Source: Octopus sinensis | Lineage: Eukaryota | Reading direction: 5' to 3' | Assembly: GCF_006345805.1 (NCBI RefSeq) | Contig: NC_042999.1 | Location: forward strand, 79,546,001-79,610,000 | Length of the DNA stretch: 64,000 bases | Part shown: in pieces, positions 51,061-63,418 of the stretch | Layout of the letters: every line of letters starts with the position of its first letter | Numbering within the stretch: the first letter of the stretch is position 1 | Translations under genes and position numbers: made by a program | Notes under the pieces: model-generated | The model's input: the letters and a program-made list of their open reading frames with translations, nothing else | The model's database searches: none | Told to the model about the DNA's origin: nothing

Positions 51061-52554
51061 TGGTACGAAGTTTGAAATAACAATACGGAGAGACGGAAGT
51101 AGATACTGTTGAGTATATAGTGTAGTGTCTTACCAAATGCTTGTATCTCTGAGATATTTTTGTAAATTAGCACCTTTTATTGGCTTGCAAGCATTTTTGT
51201 CATAAAGAAAAAAAGATAATCTTACATTTCATAACCCAGGATTTCTTTCTTTCTTTCTTACTTTTTTTCTGTTGGTACTTTTGTGTTCTCGTAAACTCCT
51301 GGGATTCTGTTAACTTGTAGATTTTCGTACGTTTAAAATTTTCTAATTATCTTTTATTTAGCTTTTTTCGCAAGCCTGCAGTCTTCGTAAGCTTCTAGTT
51401 ATCCGTATTCAAGCAGTTTCTTTATTATGGAAATTCAATTTTTCATTAACTCGAGATGCTCAACTTCAGTGAACCGTATAGTATCTCTAAGGTATTGAAA
51501 TTTGTTTCTTTTACTAGGGCCCACTCTTACAATTTTCAGGGTCTCCAAACGTGCCGCTCACTTCGTCGGTCTATTTAACCACCGGGAAGAATGCAAAATT
51601 AACAAACACATCGCTGTAATTAATACTGGAAATAATTCAGCATTTATAATCTATATACCACAAAACAATGAAATTGCAATGGGTAGCCCTGCACAACCTG
51701 CAGCCTTTCGAAAAGTTTTGAAAATTTATAATCGTGCAGCCCGCCTGATGAGCCATGGTTTATACGGTCCGCTTCTCGAAAAAGATTTTCCTTACATAAG
51801 GAAGTAAAGCATCTTAAACTGGTTGCCACATCTGCGCCTTGAAAGTCAAAATTGACTCGGACGGGATTTGAACTCAGAGCGAAATAAGTACCGCGACGTT
51901 TTCTGTCGTACGCCCTAATGACTCAGCCAAATCACCATGGTAGTTATTCTTCGTATGTAAACATAACACATGCTTAACCTAGTATAAATAACAGTCAGAT
52001 ATGCATCGGATTATATCTTATTAGATAATGTAGATCTAGTCATATTAGGTCTGAAATCAGGTGGAAAGCAACAATGACAACAACAATGTTTCATTTAACT
52101 AGCAATTCCATCTTAAGACTCCACCACAATTTTCGCTTCTACTTCTCTAATCCACGACAAACCAAGGAAGGATATATTTGGTCACTCGACTAGCTAGAAA
52201 TAGTAGTCAAATCTCTCTCAGATCAAACTTGGGGAAAATAGGTTTACTGGATAATGTAGGCAAACAAAATGCTAGAAAGACGAGATGGTCGTGGCTCGAC
52301 CGCTCTTGATCATAGTCCAAATTAGTCACGTTTAACGAAGGAGAAAAAGAATAGGAGGTAAACCACCGCTACAGGATTACGCTCATTAACCGTGGCTACC
52401 TTCTCTAGAGTTGGTTTCACTCTGTATACTTACAAAGAGATGGGATGATCATGGTTGGATTGCTTGTGAAGAAAAGCTTATTCGATTAGGGTTAAAACCT
52501 GTCCTAATTCAATCACAAAGCATGAATAACGGCAACGCCATTATCATACGACTA

Positions 52555-52770
52555 AAAAGGCGGCAAGCTGGTAGAATCGTTAGCACACCAGGCGAAATAC
52601 TTAAAGGTATTTCGTCTGTGGGCTACGTTCTGAGTTCAAATTCCGCCGAGGTCGATTTTTCTTTTCATCATTTCGAGGTCGATAAAATTAAGTATCAGTC
52701 GCGTACTGGGGTCGATCTAATCAACTACCCCTCTTCGCAATATCAGGCCTTGTGTCTATAGTAGAAAGGA
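52555..52770 (+). mobile_element. Family A SINE (GGCCTTGTG tail variant)
   Basis: AAAGGCGGCAAGCTGGTAGAATCGTTAGC...GAGTTCAAATTCCGCCGAGGTCGA...GGCCTTGTGTCTATAGTAGAAAGG. Confidence 0.85.
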
Positions 52771-53171
52771 TATGACAAAGTAATTATTAAAGTATTTAAA
52801 GTTATGCTAATCTTTATTAACTGGGATGGATGTGTCTGTAAAGCTATTAATATTTCATTTTCCGTTTAGTGCACAAACAACAAAAGAAAGGAGGCAAATT
52901 TAGCAATGATGTTGACACCATCAACTACAACATCAACAGTAAAGAACGGAGGAAAGGCAAATAAGAAAAGTTATTATAGCGTTATAAATAAATCGTAATA
53001 ATTCTCATTTCTTTCTCTCTCTCTCTCTCTCTCACTTCTTTCTCTGTTTCTCTGTAATACATATGCATATGTGTGTGTATGGATGTGTGTGGTGTAAATA
53101 GTATAGTTATATTATATATATATATATATATATTTATATACACACACAAACACACGCATGTATTATATATG

Positions 53172-53208
<37 letters not shown>

Positions 53209-53398
53209 TGGTATGTATGTATGTATGTATGTATGTATGTATGTATGTATGTATGTTGTGTGTGTTGTGTGTGGTTTGCAGATCATATAAACATACATTA
53301 AATCATATAAATACATATATATTCATGCATACATACACTACTACTATTGTCCATTTCTTCCTTTTATTATTATGATATATATATATATAATATATATA

Positions 53399-53437
<39 letters not shown>

Positions 53438-53513
53438 AACACATGTATGTATGTATATATATATATATGGGTATGTATGTACACGTACATAGTTTTATGT
53501 AAATGTTCTCGTT

Positions 53514-53592
<79 letters not shown>

Positions 53593-54173
53593 GTCTGTCT
53601 GTCTGTCTGTCAGTTTGTCTGTCTGCCTTAGTGTCTGTTTGTATGTGTGTGCCGGTCTGTCTGTCTCTATGAATATAATGTCTCAAGAAATGGCGGTCAA
53701 CGTTTATTAACAGACGGATGTTAATGAAAAATGACTGCCGGATCCATGACTTATTGCTTTAATAATGAAACAACATCATGTATGTCTTTGTGTGTGTATA
53801 TATATACATATATATGCATCTGTGTGTGTGTGCGTGCAGAAATGTGTATGCATGCATAATCTACGTATATGTTTACATACACACACACACACACACATAT
53901 TATATTTGAATACGTGTGCGTGCGTGTGTGTGTGTGTGTGTGTTGTGTGTGTGCGTGAAATGAAAGAAGAACAAGACAACAGAACGCAATATAGAGAAGA
54001 AAAGGAAGGATTTCCTTGGAATGGCGACAGCTGATTGCTGTTTATTGCTGTCGTGAAACAGAGCTTTTTTTTATGATACTGTATCTTGTTGTTATTGCTG
54101 TTGTTATTGATAATATTCTGGCGGTTCTTCTTTATCTTCTTCTTCTTATTCTTGTTGTTTTGATGTGATGTTG

Positions 54174-54273
54174 NNNNNNNNNNNNNNNNNNNNNNNNNNN
54201 NNNNNNNNNNNNNNNNNNNNNNNNNNNNNNNNNNNNNNNNNNNNNNNNNNNNNNNNNNNNNNNNNNNNNNNNN
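54174..54273. other. Assembly gap (100 N)
   Basis: A run of exactly 100 N, a common placeholder for a gap of unknown size; continuity across it is not guaranteed. Confidence 0.98.
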
Positions 54274-54334
54274 ACGCCTGCTTAACCACACAGCGATAGA
54301 CAAAATTCGTATTTCCTGCTGTGTTTAAAACCTA

Positions 54335-54555
54335 TTTTTTTCTGCCCACAAGAGGCTACACACAGAGGGGACAAACAAGGATAGACAAACGGATTAAGTC
54401 TATTATATCGGCCCCAGTGCGTAACTGGTACATATTTAATCGACCCCGAAAGGATGAAAGCAAAGTCGACCTCGGCGTAATTTGAAATGAGAACGTAGCG
54501 ACAGACGAAATACTGCTAAGCATTTCGCCCGGCGTGCTAACGTTTCTGCCAGCTC
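54335..54555 (-). mobile_element. Family A SINE, near full length
   Basis: CTGCCCACAAG...GGACAAACAAGG...GCATTTCGCCCGGCGTGCTAACGTTTCTGCCAGCTC. Confidence 0.9.
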
Positions 54556-55094
54556 TGAAAAGGTAATCAGATAGGAAATGAAAAATTTCAGTGAGTTAGC
54601 TAAGGGAAAATTTCGAAAAATGACGACGATACAAATGGCGGTAGATTCTATGCTTGAAGTCGACTGTCGAAAGTACCTCTATACGTCGGTCTTGCAGAAT
54701 CCTTAGCTAATCATAGTCATCTTCTATTGAGTTGACCAGAATTAGAAGTGTCTGGTACATGTAGAAATGCTAGGAATGTAATGATGATGATCATAAACAC
54801 CACCAACAAGTCTGATATATATAGGCCAGTTACGTTAGATCTGAGACTAAGCAACAAGCAACGGTAACGCCATCATTATTGACAATATGAATAATATCAG
54901 TAACAATGGTTTTAGCCCTTCGTTGCCATCAGCACTATGATCTTATTTCACCACTGCCGCCATATTTATGTTAGACCTTCAACTCTTGCGGTAACATTGC
55001 AGCAACAACTATAAAGAAAGCGAGAAACCATCAACCATATCAGAAGGTCGTGACTACATCTGCTATCACCACCACCACAACCACCAACAGTAGC

Positions 55095-55385
55095 AGCCCT
55101 TAGCCGCCCTTAGCCGCCGCCGCCACCACCACCGCCTGCCGCCGCCGCTGACCACCGCTGCTGCCGCCGCCGCTGACCACCGCTGCTGCCGCCGCTACCA
55201 CCGTCCGCCGCCATCGCCACCACCGCTCTCCGCCGCCGCCCGCCGTCGCTACCGCTCGCCACCGCTCACCGCCGCCGCCCGCCGTCGCTGCCGCTCGCCA
55301 CCGCTCACCACCGCCGCCCGCCGCCGCCCGCCGCCGCTGCCCACCCCACCCGCCGCCGCCGCCCACTGCCGCTGCCCGCCGACTC
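55095..55385. repeat. (CCG)n-derived GC-rich repeat island with higher-order duplications
   Basis: Units such as GCCGCCGCCGCTGACCACCGCTGCT x2 and CCGCCGCCGCCCGCCGTCGCT(A/G)CCGCTCGCCACCGCTCA x2. Confidence 0.9.
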
Positions 55386-55639
55386 GACTGCAGCCACAAA
55401 AACCGCAACAGTCATAGACACCGTCACTTCAAGAATCAACATCAATATGAAGCGTTATATGGGCAAACAGTGCGCTAGAAAGAGCAGCTAAATCTCTCCA
55501 AATCACCGCAATGCAAACTTGGTGGGAAAGGAGTGGATGAATTGGATATTGTATCTTCTAGAATAACCTTGAAATAAGAGGTTAGTCACGCTTGAAGTGC
55601 TTTGATTAAAAAAGCCTGCGCGATCAGAACTGATATGGA

Positions 55640-56290
55640 GCTAAATAAGAATATCACAACCGCTTTTAGAAACGCAAACATCACCACCATATCCCTCAAC
55701 ATCAACACAATCACCATCTCTTTCATCACCACCACCACCATTATTATAACCAAGTCTAGAATTATCTCTACTATCACTACTGTCATCTCCACCAACACCA
55801 CCATCTCTACTAACACTAGCAGCACCAGCATTGCAACTACCATCAGCATCACAAACAACATCACCATCTATGTTATTACCAATACCACCACCGCCACCAC
55901 TATCTCGACGACGACCACTACCACCACCAGCACCAGCACCAGCACCACCAGCACCACCACCACCACCACTACTACAGTCAAGCTATCAATCTATCGTCAC
56001 CGCCTCTACCACCGACGTCACCGCCACCTCTACCTATGCCACGATCACTACAAATTCACATGTAACTTGATCCGTCAGGGTTTGGTGAGTCCCAGAACTG
56101 TCCTTCCCCCTCTTGTTTCAACCGATCCACATTAAATCATAATGGGGAGGCGGCGTGACAAAAGTGGTGGCGGTGGTTATGGTGTTGGTGGTGTTCATCA
56201 TCACGTTTAGGGCAGTTGTAGTGACCGTGATGGTGGTGGCGGTGGCGGTGGCGGTGCTGGTGCTGGTGCTGGTGGTAGTGTTGGTGGTAG
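55640..56290. repeat. Cryptic (ACC/ACT)n low-complexity region followed by an oppositely oriented (GGT)n tract
   Basis: Direct reading; it produces the Thr-rich pseudo-ORF 55602-56135. Confidence 0.8.
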
Positions 56291-56295
56291 TGTCA

Positions 56296-56526
56296 AAGGC
56301 GGCGAGCTGGCAGAAACGTTAGCACACCGGGTGAAATGCTTAGCAGTATTTTGTCTGCGTTACGTTGTGAGTTCAAATTCCGCCGAGGTTGACTTTGCCT
56401 CTCATCCTTTCGGGGTCGATAAATTAAGTACCAGTTACGCACTGGGGTCTATGTAATCGACTTAATACCTATGTCTGTCCTTGTTTGCCCCCTCTGTGTT
56501 TAGCCCCTTGTGGGTAATAAAGAAAT
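56296..56526 (+). mobile_element. Family A SINE, full length
   Basis: AAAGGCGGCGAGCTGGCAGAAACGTTAGC...GTGGGTAATAAAGAAATA, flanked by related GGTAGTGTT sequences. Confidence 0.92.
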
Positions 56527-56544
56527 AGGTAGTGTTATTGGTAG

Positions 56545-56575
<31 letters not shown>

Positions 56576-56682
56576 TATATATATATAAGTTCAATAAAAG
56601 GCACCAGAGTTTGGCATGGTATTATCCATATAATTCAAAATGGATGATTATAATGAAAATAAGCAACAAGGATATCCAAAGG

Positions 56683-56714
<32 letters not shown>

Positions 56715-56719
<5 letters not shown>

Positions 56720-56925
56720 TTGTATGTCTGCATTTGTCCCCTCATCATCGCTTACATCCGATGATGGTGTGTTTACGTCCCAGTAACTTAGCGGTTCGGA
56801 AAAAGGGTTCCGATAGAGTAAGTACTAAGCTTACAAAAAATAAGTCCTGGGGTCGATTTGTTCAACTAAAGGCGGTGCTCCAGCATAGCCGCAGTCAACT
56901 GACTCAAACAAATAAAAGAATAAAA

Positions 56926-56930
<5 letters not shown>
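56715..56930 (+). mobile_element. Family B SINE tail
   Basis: GGTGTGTTTACGTCCCAGTAACTTAGCGGTTCGG...AAATAAAAGAATAAAAGAA. Confidence 0.85.
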
Positions 56931-56959
<29 letters not shown>

Positions 56960-56971
56960 TACATATATTTT

Positions 56972-57347
56972 TTTTTCTTTTACTTGTGGCCGTGTTGGAG
57001 CACCGCCTTAAGGGGTTTTAGCCGACCAAAACGACCGCATAGCTTATTTTAAGTCAAGGGTTTAATCGATCAGTTTCTTTTGCTGAACTGGTAGGTTACA
57101 GGGACATAAGCACACCAACACCAACTTGTCAAGCGATGATGGGTGGGGGGACGAACATAGGCAAAAATACACACAAACATATACGACGTGCTTCTTTCAG
57201 TTTTCGTCTACCAAATCCAATCACAGCGGTTTGGTCAACCCGAAGCTATAGTAGAAGACACTTGTCCTAGGTGCCATGCAGTGGGACTGAACCCGGAACT
57301 GTATGGTTGGGAAGGAAGCTTCTTACAACATAGACACGCCTGCGCTT
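56972..57347 (-). mobile_element. Family B SINE, diverged full length
   Basis: Tail GGAGCACCGCCTT..., core AGAAGACACTTGTCCTAGGTGCCATGCAGTGGGACTGAACCCG, head end CGCCTGCGC. Confidence 0.8.
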
Positions 57348-57914
57348 AGGGGGTGAGAGTTGTAATGAATGCGAGAGAAGTGATGATGGTGGTTACGGTG
57401 GTTGTGGTGTTGGAGACAATTATGGAGAGTTGGAGACAAATATGGTTGAGGACATCAATGGTGGCAGCGATGGTAACTGTGATAAATTCGGATGTGAATA
57501 TAATTCATTGATTAAGCAATCTGAAACTATGATGCTGGAAAATTTCTCAGGGTTGCCTTCTGTAACAAGAAAATATATACAAACTACTTTCCCAGAATCG
57601 CTAATGAACATTATTGCTCCAGATTAAACGCAAACGACTTCTTACAAAGTTTGAAAACACATTAATAAACAAAGATTAAACTGAAACAGTTGTGTCTTCA
57701 ATATAACATATTTGAAAGTTTGGCATGCACACATGCACACATACACACGCATACACATATACACACACACACACACGCATATACACCCACATACACGCTC
57801 ACAGGTACACACACCCACGCAGGTATATATGCATACATATGTATAAGTGGTGTCCTCTAGCTGGCAGTTAATACCTGGGTGAAAATTATTTCTTCACAAT
57901 ATTTAACGGGATTA

Positions 57915-57994
<80 letters not shown>

Positions 57995-58242
57995 TATATA
58001 CACATATATATACATATATACACATATACATACATATATACACATATATATATGTGTGTGTGTGTGTGGTGTGCGTGTGTGTGTTGTGTGTTTTTGTGTG
58101 TGTATGTGTATGTGCGTGTATGTTTGTGTGCCTGTGTGTGTATGTGCTGTGAAAATGAATACGTTTGAAAGGGTAATCTGGCCGTATGAAACGTTATTCA
58201 AATATTTCTATATTTTGGTCTCGAAACCCTCTTCAAGTAAAC

Positions 58243-58670
58243 AGGAGCGGCTGTGTGGTAAGTAGCTTGCATACAAACCACATGGTTCTAGGTTCAGTCC
58301 CACTGCGTGACACCTTGGGCAAGTGTCTTCTAATATAGCCTCGGGCCGACCAAAGCCTTGTGAGTGGATTTGGTAGACGGAAACTGAAAGAAGCCCGTCG
58401 TATATACGTGTATATATATATATATATATGTATCTATGTATGTATGTATATATATGTATATATATGCATGTATGTGTGTCTCTTTGCCCCCCCCCAACCG
58501 ATGCTGGTGTGTTTACGTCCCCGTAATTTAGCGGTTCGGCAAAAGAGACCGATAAAATAAGTAATAGGCTTACTAAGAATAAGTCTTAGGGTCGATTTGC
58601 TCGACTTAAGGCGGTGCTGCAACATGGCTACAGTCAAATGACTGAAACAAGTAAAAGAATAAAAGAATAA
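58243..58670 (+). mobile_element. Family B SINE, full length
   Basis: CAGGAGCGGCTGTGTGGTAAGTAGC head, CACCTTGGGCAAGTGTCTTC core, internal (AT)n, and tail ending GACTGAAACAAGTAAAAGAATAAAAGA. Confidence 0.92.
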
Positions 58671-59269
58671 AAAAGTAAAAGATTATAACAGTAAAGAAAA
58701 GCTTTACGAATGGAAAAATAAACAACACTTTTTCAGTGGTAAATGGCTAAAATCACGTTAGTTTTCTTTAATGCAACCCAAGGTAGCTTAACTTTTTCGT
58801 TTCATATCGGTGAATGATATAAACTTTTGTAGACTTAAATTTCGGAGTGACGCACCAACTAACATGTGCTAACCTATAATAGTTAACAGGTTCTTATTTT
58901 ATATTTGGTGGATGAGTTCGTCTCTCACACCATCACATCACGGTTAAATCAAACTACAGAATTTAAGGTTTCCTGCCAGCTGGTGTGTCGCCAAATTAAG
59001 GATATCATCAAATTAGTAAACCTATATACCAGCTGCGCCAATCATAATTTTTTTAAATGGGATAAAAAATTTAATTCGCTGAAATTGAATGCACTGTGTG
59101 AATACGAACTGGATCACTCTCACTACACTGAGCGCTTACATATTGCGCTTAGATTTAAGAGAGGTTGTCTTTACCTTTCATCTTTCAAGGTCGATAAAAT
59201 AAACCTTTTCCAAATTTCTCACCGTATGCCTGTGCTAGAAATTATCGTAATTATCATTACAATAGTGCA

Positions 59270-60010
59270 AGAGTGCGAGCTGTCAGAATCGTTAGCACGC
59301 CGGGGAAATTCTAAGCGTCACTTCGTCTTTACGTTCTGAGTTCAAATTCCGCCATGGTCGACTTCGAATTCACCTTTCATATGAAATAAGTACAGGTCAA
59401 GCACTGGAGTCGAACTTGTGTGCCTGTAGCAGAAAGGATTATTACATTATGTTAAATGCATTGGGTTGTAGAATCGTTAGAGTATCTGAACAATACTTTG
59501 CAATATTTGCCCAGTCTCTGTACGTTCCGAGTTCAAACCACGCTGAGAATAAGTCTCCCTGTTATCAATTCTAGCTTCGATAAAACAAAGTACCATCGAC
59601 TAACACATTGCCACCAAAACTTTTGGGCTTGGATTTAAAATAGAAACTACTTTTGCAATGGTCGTGAAGGGTTTTTATTAGCAGAGTCATTAGAATAGCG
59701 GAAAATACACCTACTATATTTGTTCCGTTTTTATACATTCTGAGTTCAAATGACGCCGAGGTCAAGTTTTCATTCTATCATTTCCGGGCTCCGTAAATAA
59801 AGTACCAGTAAATTACTAGAACTCCCCAAAATTTTAAACCTCGATAGCATTTTAAACCTTGATAACTGTTTTAAACCTTGATATTTCAAACCTTGATAAC
59901 AGTTAATAGAAAATGGCGGTTATTGGCAAAATCAGTAGACTTAAGAGCAAAACTTGCTTGCCGGTTTTTCGTTGCGATTCAAGTTCAAATCACATCAAGC
60001 TTCACTGTGT
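59270..60010 (+). mobile_element. Cluster of about four old, truncated family A SINE copies
   Basis: Recurrent GAATCGTTAG...TTC(T/C)GAGTTCAAA...CGATAAAA motifs near 59280, 59470, 59690 and 59920. Confidence 0.6.
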
Positions 60011-60273
60011 GTTTATCTTTCAAGGGTCACTTAAATATAGTAGCTGCCGAACAACATTTTTGAGTGAGCTATTGATTAAATTACTCATACTGGATTTCAC
60101 ATCATAAACACTCTATTGTAAATGTGTACTATTTGCAAATATATGTATTGATATATATACATATATAGGCACATGAGTGACTGTGTGGTAAGTAGCTTGC
60201 TTACCGACCAAAGCCTTGTGAATGGATTTGGTAGACGGAACTGAAGAAAGAAGCCGTTGTATATATGTATATA

Positions 60274-60350
<77 letters not shown>

Positions 60351-60409
60351 TTGTAAAAAAAATGAAGTTCGAAAATGCTGCTGTATTATACAATTTTAAT
60401 TTTTATATA

Positions 60410-61527
60410 TACATTATAACAGTTTCAGTTCCTGAAATGAACCTTATCAAAAAAAGTTATATATAAAAAAAGACAGCTCATGCCGTCAAACACAAGAAAT
60501 TCATTTATAATACACAACGGAGTCAGACATCTTAGAGTTCATGTATAGTTGATATATAGTTCATGTATAGTTGATATATAGTTTGAAGTATATGTTCAAA
60601 GTGTTCGATGCAGTGGCCCACGGTGGCGATACGTATTCAATACAAAAAGCAGATCAAAGTGGTGGAAAGCGGTCAATACAGAAGATTGATGTTTCCGAAA
60701 GAGCGAGGAATTCATTTTTACCTTAAGCAATTGAGATGACCCATGGTGGAAGTTCGCTGGGTGGTTCTAGTGAGTTTTTGTGAAGTGCTCGGTTTTATAA
60801 TGCCTGTTAGGTGGTCAATCCAGCGTAGCGTGACGTCATCAACGTTTTGACCAATCGTTTCGTTAGGTGGCTTTAGTCAAGTAGAACGGGACGTCATCAT
60901 TATTTTGACCAAATGCATTATAACTGCCTCTTGTTTGCTTCCTGTTTTGACCAGTCGCTTCGTTAGTCAAGCAGAACGGGACGTCATCCAGATTCTGCCA
61001 ATCACGACTTATAGCTACATTAGATCTGCCCCTGTCTGTACTTGTTAGGTGACTAGTCAAGCAGAAAAGGACGTCATCAATATTCTGACTAATGACTGTC
61101 CCCTGTTTGTATCCTGTCCATTCTAGCGGAGCTAGACGTCATCAACTTGTTGACCAATCAGATCGGGTCTGACCCTTAGCTGTATCGTATGTATCAGGGT
61201 CAGATTTGCACGAAAGAATTTTTTTCCTTTTTTACTAAGGCATATTTCCGTCAGAGTGAGTGTCTGTTTGAAGTAGCGGCCGTGGTGGAATTTTGCTTCT
61301 CCTTTTCGGAGGACTTATCTTTTGTTTTAGTATTCCTGGCCCAGGGTGTTTAAACTTGGTCTAAATTTTTTTATGAAATATAGTTCTTTATTTTGGCGTT
61401 GTGTGAAGGTTGCGTTGTCACTGAATTTATAGAGCGGGTTAGTTGTAAATTTCGGATTTACATTTCCAGCACATCTATCTATGTGTCCGCTGACCGGTAT
61501 TTTGCGGTAATCAGGGTTTCTAATTTC
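60410..61527 (-). mobile_element. 5'-truncated Penelope-like element (GIY-YIG C-terminus, 3' terminal region, hammerhead-like motif)
   Basis: Open frame 61527-61327: EIRNPDYRKIPVSGHIDRCAGNVNPKFTTNPLYKF...QRQNKELYFIKKFRPSLN...*. It is similar to the end of the 35150-36300 PLE. Followed by a motif array and TTGATAAGGTTCATTTCAGGAACTGAAAC (60450-60422). Confidence 0.75.
60832..61160. promoter_or_regulatory. Five-copy GACGTCATC + CCAAT-like module array (putative CRE/NF-Y enhancer in the PLE terminal region)
   Basis: GACGTCATC at 60832, 60890, 60980, 61070 and 61135. Each is followed 18-19 bp from its start by CCAAT, CCAAA, CCAAT, CTAAT and CCAAT respectively. Function is inferred from the motifs only. 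Confidence 0.5.
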
Positions 61528-61557
61528 TATATATATATATAAGTATGTATATATATA

Positions 61558-61740
61558 TCGCTTGACAACCGATGCTGGTGTGTTTGCGTCCCCGTAACTT
61601 AGCGGTTCGGCAAAAGATCCCGATACAATAAGTACTAGGCTTACAAAGAATAAGTCCTGGGGTCAATTTGCTCGACTAAAGGTAGTGCTCCAACATGGCC
61701 GCAGTCAAATGACTGAAACAAGTAAAAGAGTAAAAGAGAA
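61558..61740 (+). mobile_element. Family B SINE tail
   Basis: TCGCTTGACAACCGATGCTGGTGTGTTTGCGTCCCCGTAACTTAGCGG...GACTGAAACAAGTAAAAGAG. Confidence 0.9.
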
Positions 61741-61784
61741 TTAAGTGTATATATATATATATGTGTGTGTGTGTATGCATACAC

Positions 61785-61846
<62 letters not shown>

Positions 61847-61848
<2 letters not shown>

Positions 61849-63087
61849 GACATGCCGGAAGTCAATAGACACCTTTAATTTTCAAAATTTCTGATCTAAG
61901 CGTCTTAGAAGCGTTTTCAGAATTTACAATGTAATTATTCTGTTTGATTCCAGGTGGCATCATATTAAACATTTGCGAAGAGTAACCATGCCACGCACAA
62001 AAATTTCAGCAGAACTGTCAGATTTTCAAAGAGATCCTATTGTTGGGCAATCTGAGGCTGGTCTTAGCCAGCGAAAAAATGCCGAAAATCTTCAAATTCC
62101 TCTTTCCACTGTTAATAGAATTATAGTGCTATTCAAAAGCCAAGGAAAAGAATCAAGAGATTATCGTCCCGGCCGACCTGGGCCCACGGAAAGGAAGCTT
62201 CGCTTTTTTAAAAGGATTGTGGAAAATGAACCCCGTTCAGAAGCTTCTGGCATTGCAAAACAGCTAGAAGTTAGTCCAAGAAGGTGTGTTATATATCTGC
62301 ATAAGCTTGGGTATTATGGACGAGCAGCTAGAAGAAAATCTCTCTTACAACCAATTAATATCATGAAAAGAAAGAAATGGACTAAGATGTCAGTAAAATC
62401 CAGTTCATTTTGGGATAGAGTGATTTTCTCAGATGAATCCACAGTGGACGTGTTTCGGTCTGGAGGCATCCTAATCGAGAATTTGATTTGAAACGATTCC
62501 AATCAACTGTGAAACATGGCGGTATCTCTGTAATAGTATGGAGAGCTGTCCCCAACAATGGTCATTCTGAGCTGATCGAATGTGTTGTAACCATAAACTC
62601 TGAAAAATATATCGAAATACTTAAGAAAGGACTACTTCCGATGTATTCACACGATAACAAAGAAATATGAGTTTTTATTCATGGAAGATGGAACTCCATG
62701 CCACAGAGCAAAAAGGAATCAACAATGGCTGATTGAAAATGGGATCAAAAAGCTTCCTTGGCCGAGCCAATCTCCTGACATGAACCCAATTGAAAATCTT
62801 TGGCGCATACTAGACAGAGCTATACGAAAAACTCAACAGTATCTTAAATCTAAAGATGAATTGTTTCGATCGTTGCGAGAAAATTGGGCAGAAATTCCAC
62901 AAGAGACAATCACAAAGTTCATCAGTTCAATGCCACAAAGAGTTTCTAAATTAATAACTGCAAAGGGAATGTCAACTAAATACAAAGTATGTAGTCCAAC
63001 CTATCGATTACATTTCAATTGTTCGCTTTGCGTATTAAAAAAATGATTTTGAAAATTAAAGGTGCCTATTTAATTCCTGCATGTCTG
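61847..63087 (+). mobile_element. Near-complete Tc1 (DD34E) DNA transposon
   Basis: 41-bp imperfect TIRs: CAGACATGCCGGAAGTCAATAGACACCTTTAATTTTCAAAA (61847-61887) and its inverse at 63047-63087. TA on the left; the right flank reads TG within a microsatellite. Confidence 0.93.
61988..62987 (+). pseudogene. Tc1 transposase, disrupted
   Basis: HTH-like N-terminus [15 protein letters not shown]...; VIFSDES; TVKHGG; EDGTPCH...WPSQSPDMNPIE with 34 residues between D and E. Frameshifts near 62440 and 62665; the expected stop after TKY reads AAA. Confidence 0.9.
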
Positions 63088-63106
63088 TGTATGTGTGTAT
63101 ATATAT

Positions 63107-63249
<143 letters not shown>

Positions 63250-63386
63250 CATATAGATGCATATAAATTTAAATTTAAAATGAGGGTGAAAAATTGAATA
63301 TTAATTGATTAACATCAATTCAAAACCAGTGGTCTAGCATATTAAAATTGAAGGTTCAGAAAATTGTATTACATACATATATATTG

Positions 63387-63418
<32 letters not shown>

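Noticed and set aside
51745-51782. CTGATGAG...CGAAA hammerhead candidate
   Set aside because: No convincing stem II, no GAAAC/stem III, and no supporting second copy in the window.
55586-56135. Thr/Ile-rich 177-aa ORF resembling a mucin (similar ORFs at 33619-34098 and 24013-24678)
   Set aside because: Cryptic (ACC/ACT)n simple sequence that is open in several frames and on both strands; no signal peptide, domain or splice support.
59833-59905. Four short AAACCTTGATA tandem units
   Set aside because: An ordinary local slippage duplication within decayed SINE sequence; nothing suggests function.
60832-61160. CRISPR-like repeat-spacer array (also considered for 10695-10897 and 17290-17404)
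   Set aside because: The repeats are short or degenerate, spacing is irregular or spacers are related to each other, there are no cas genes, and the context is eukaryotic.
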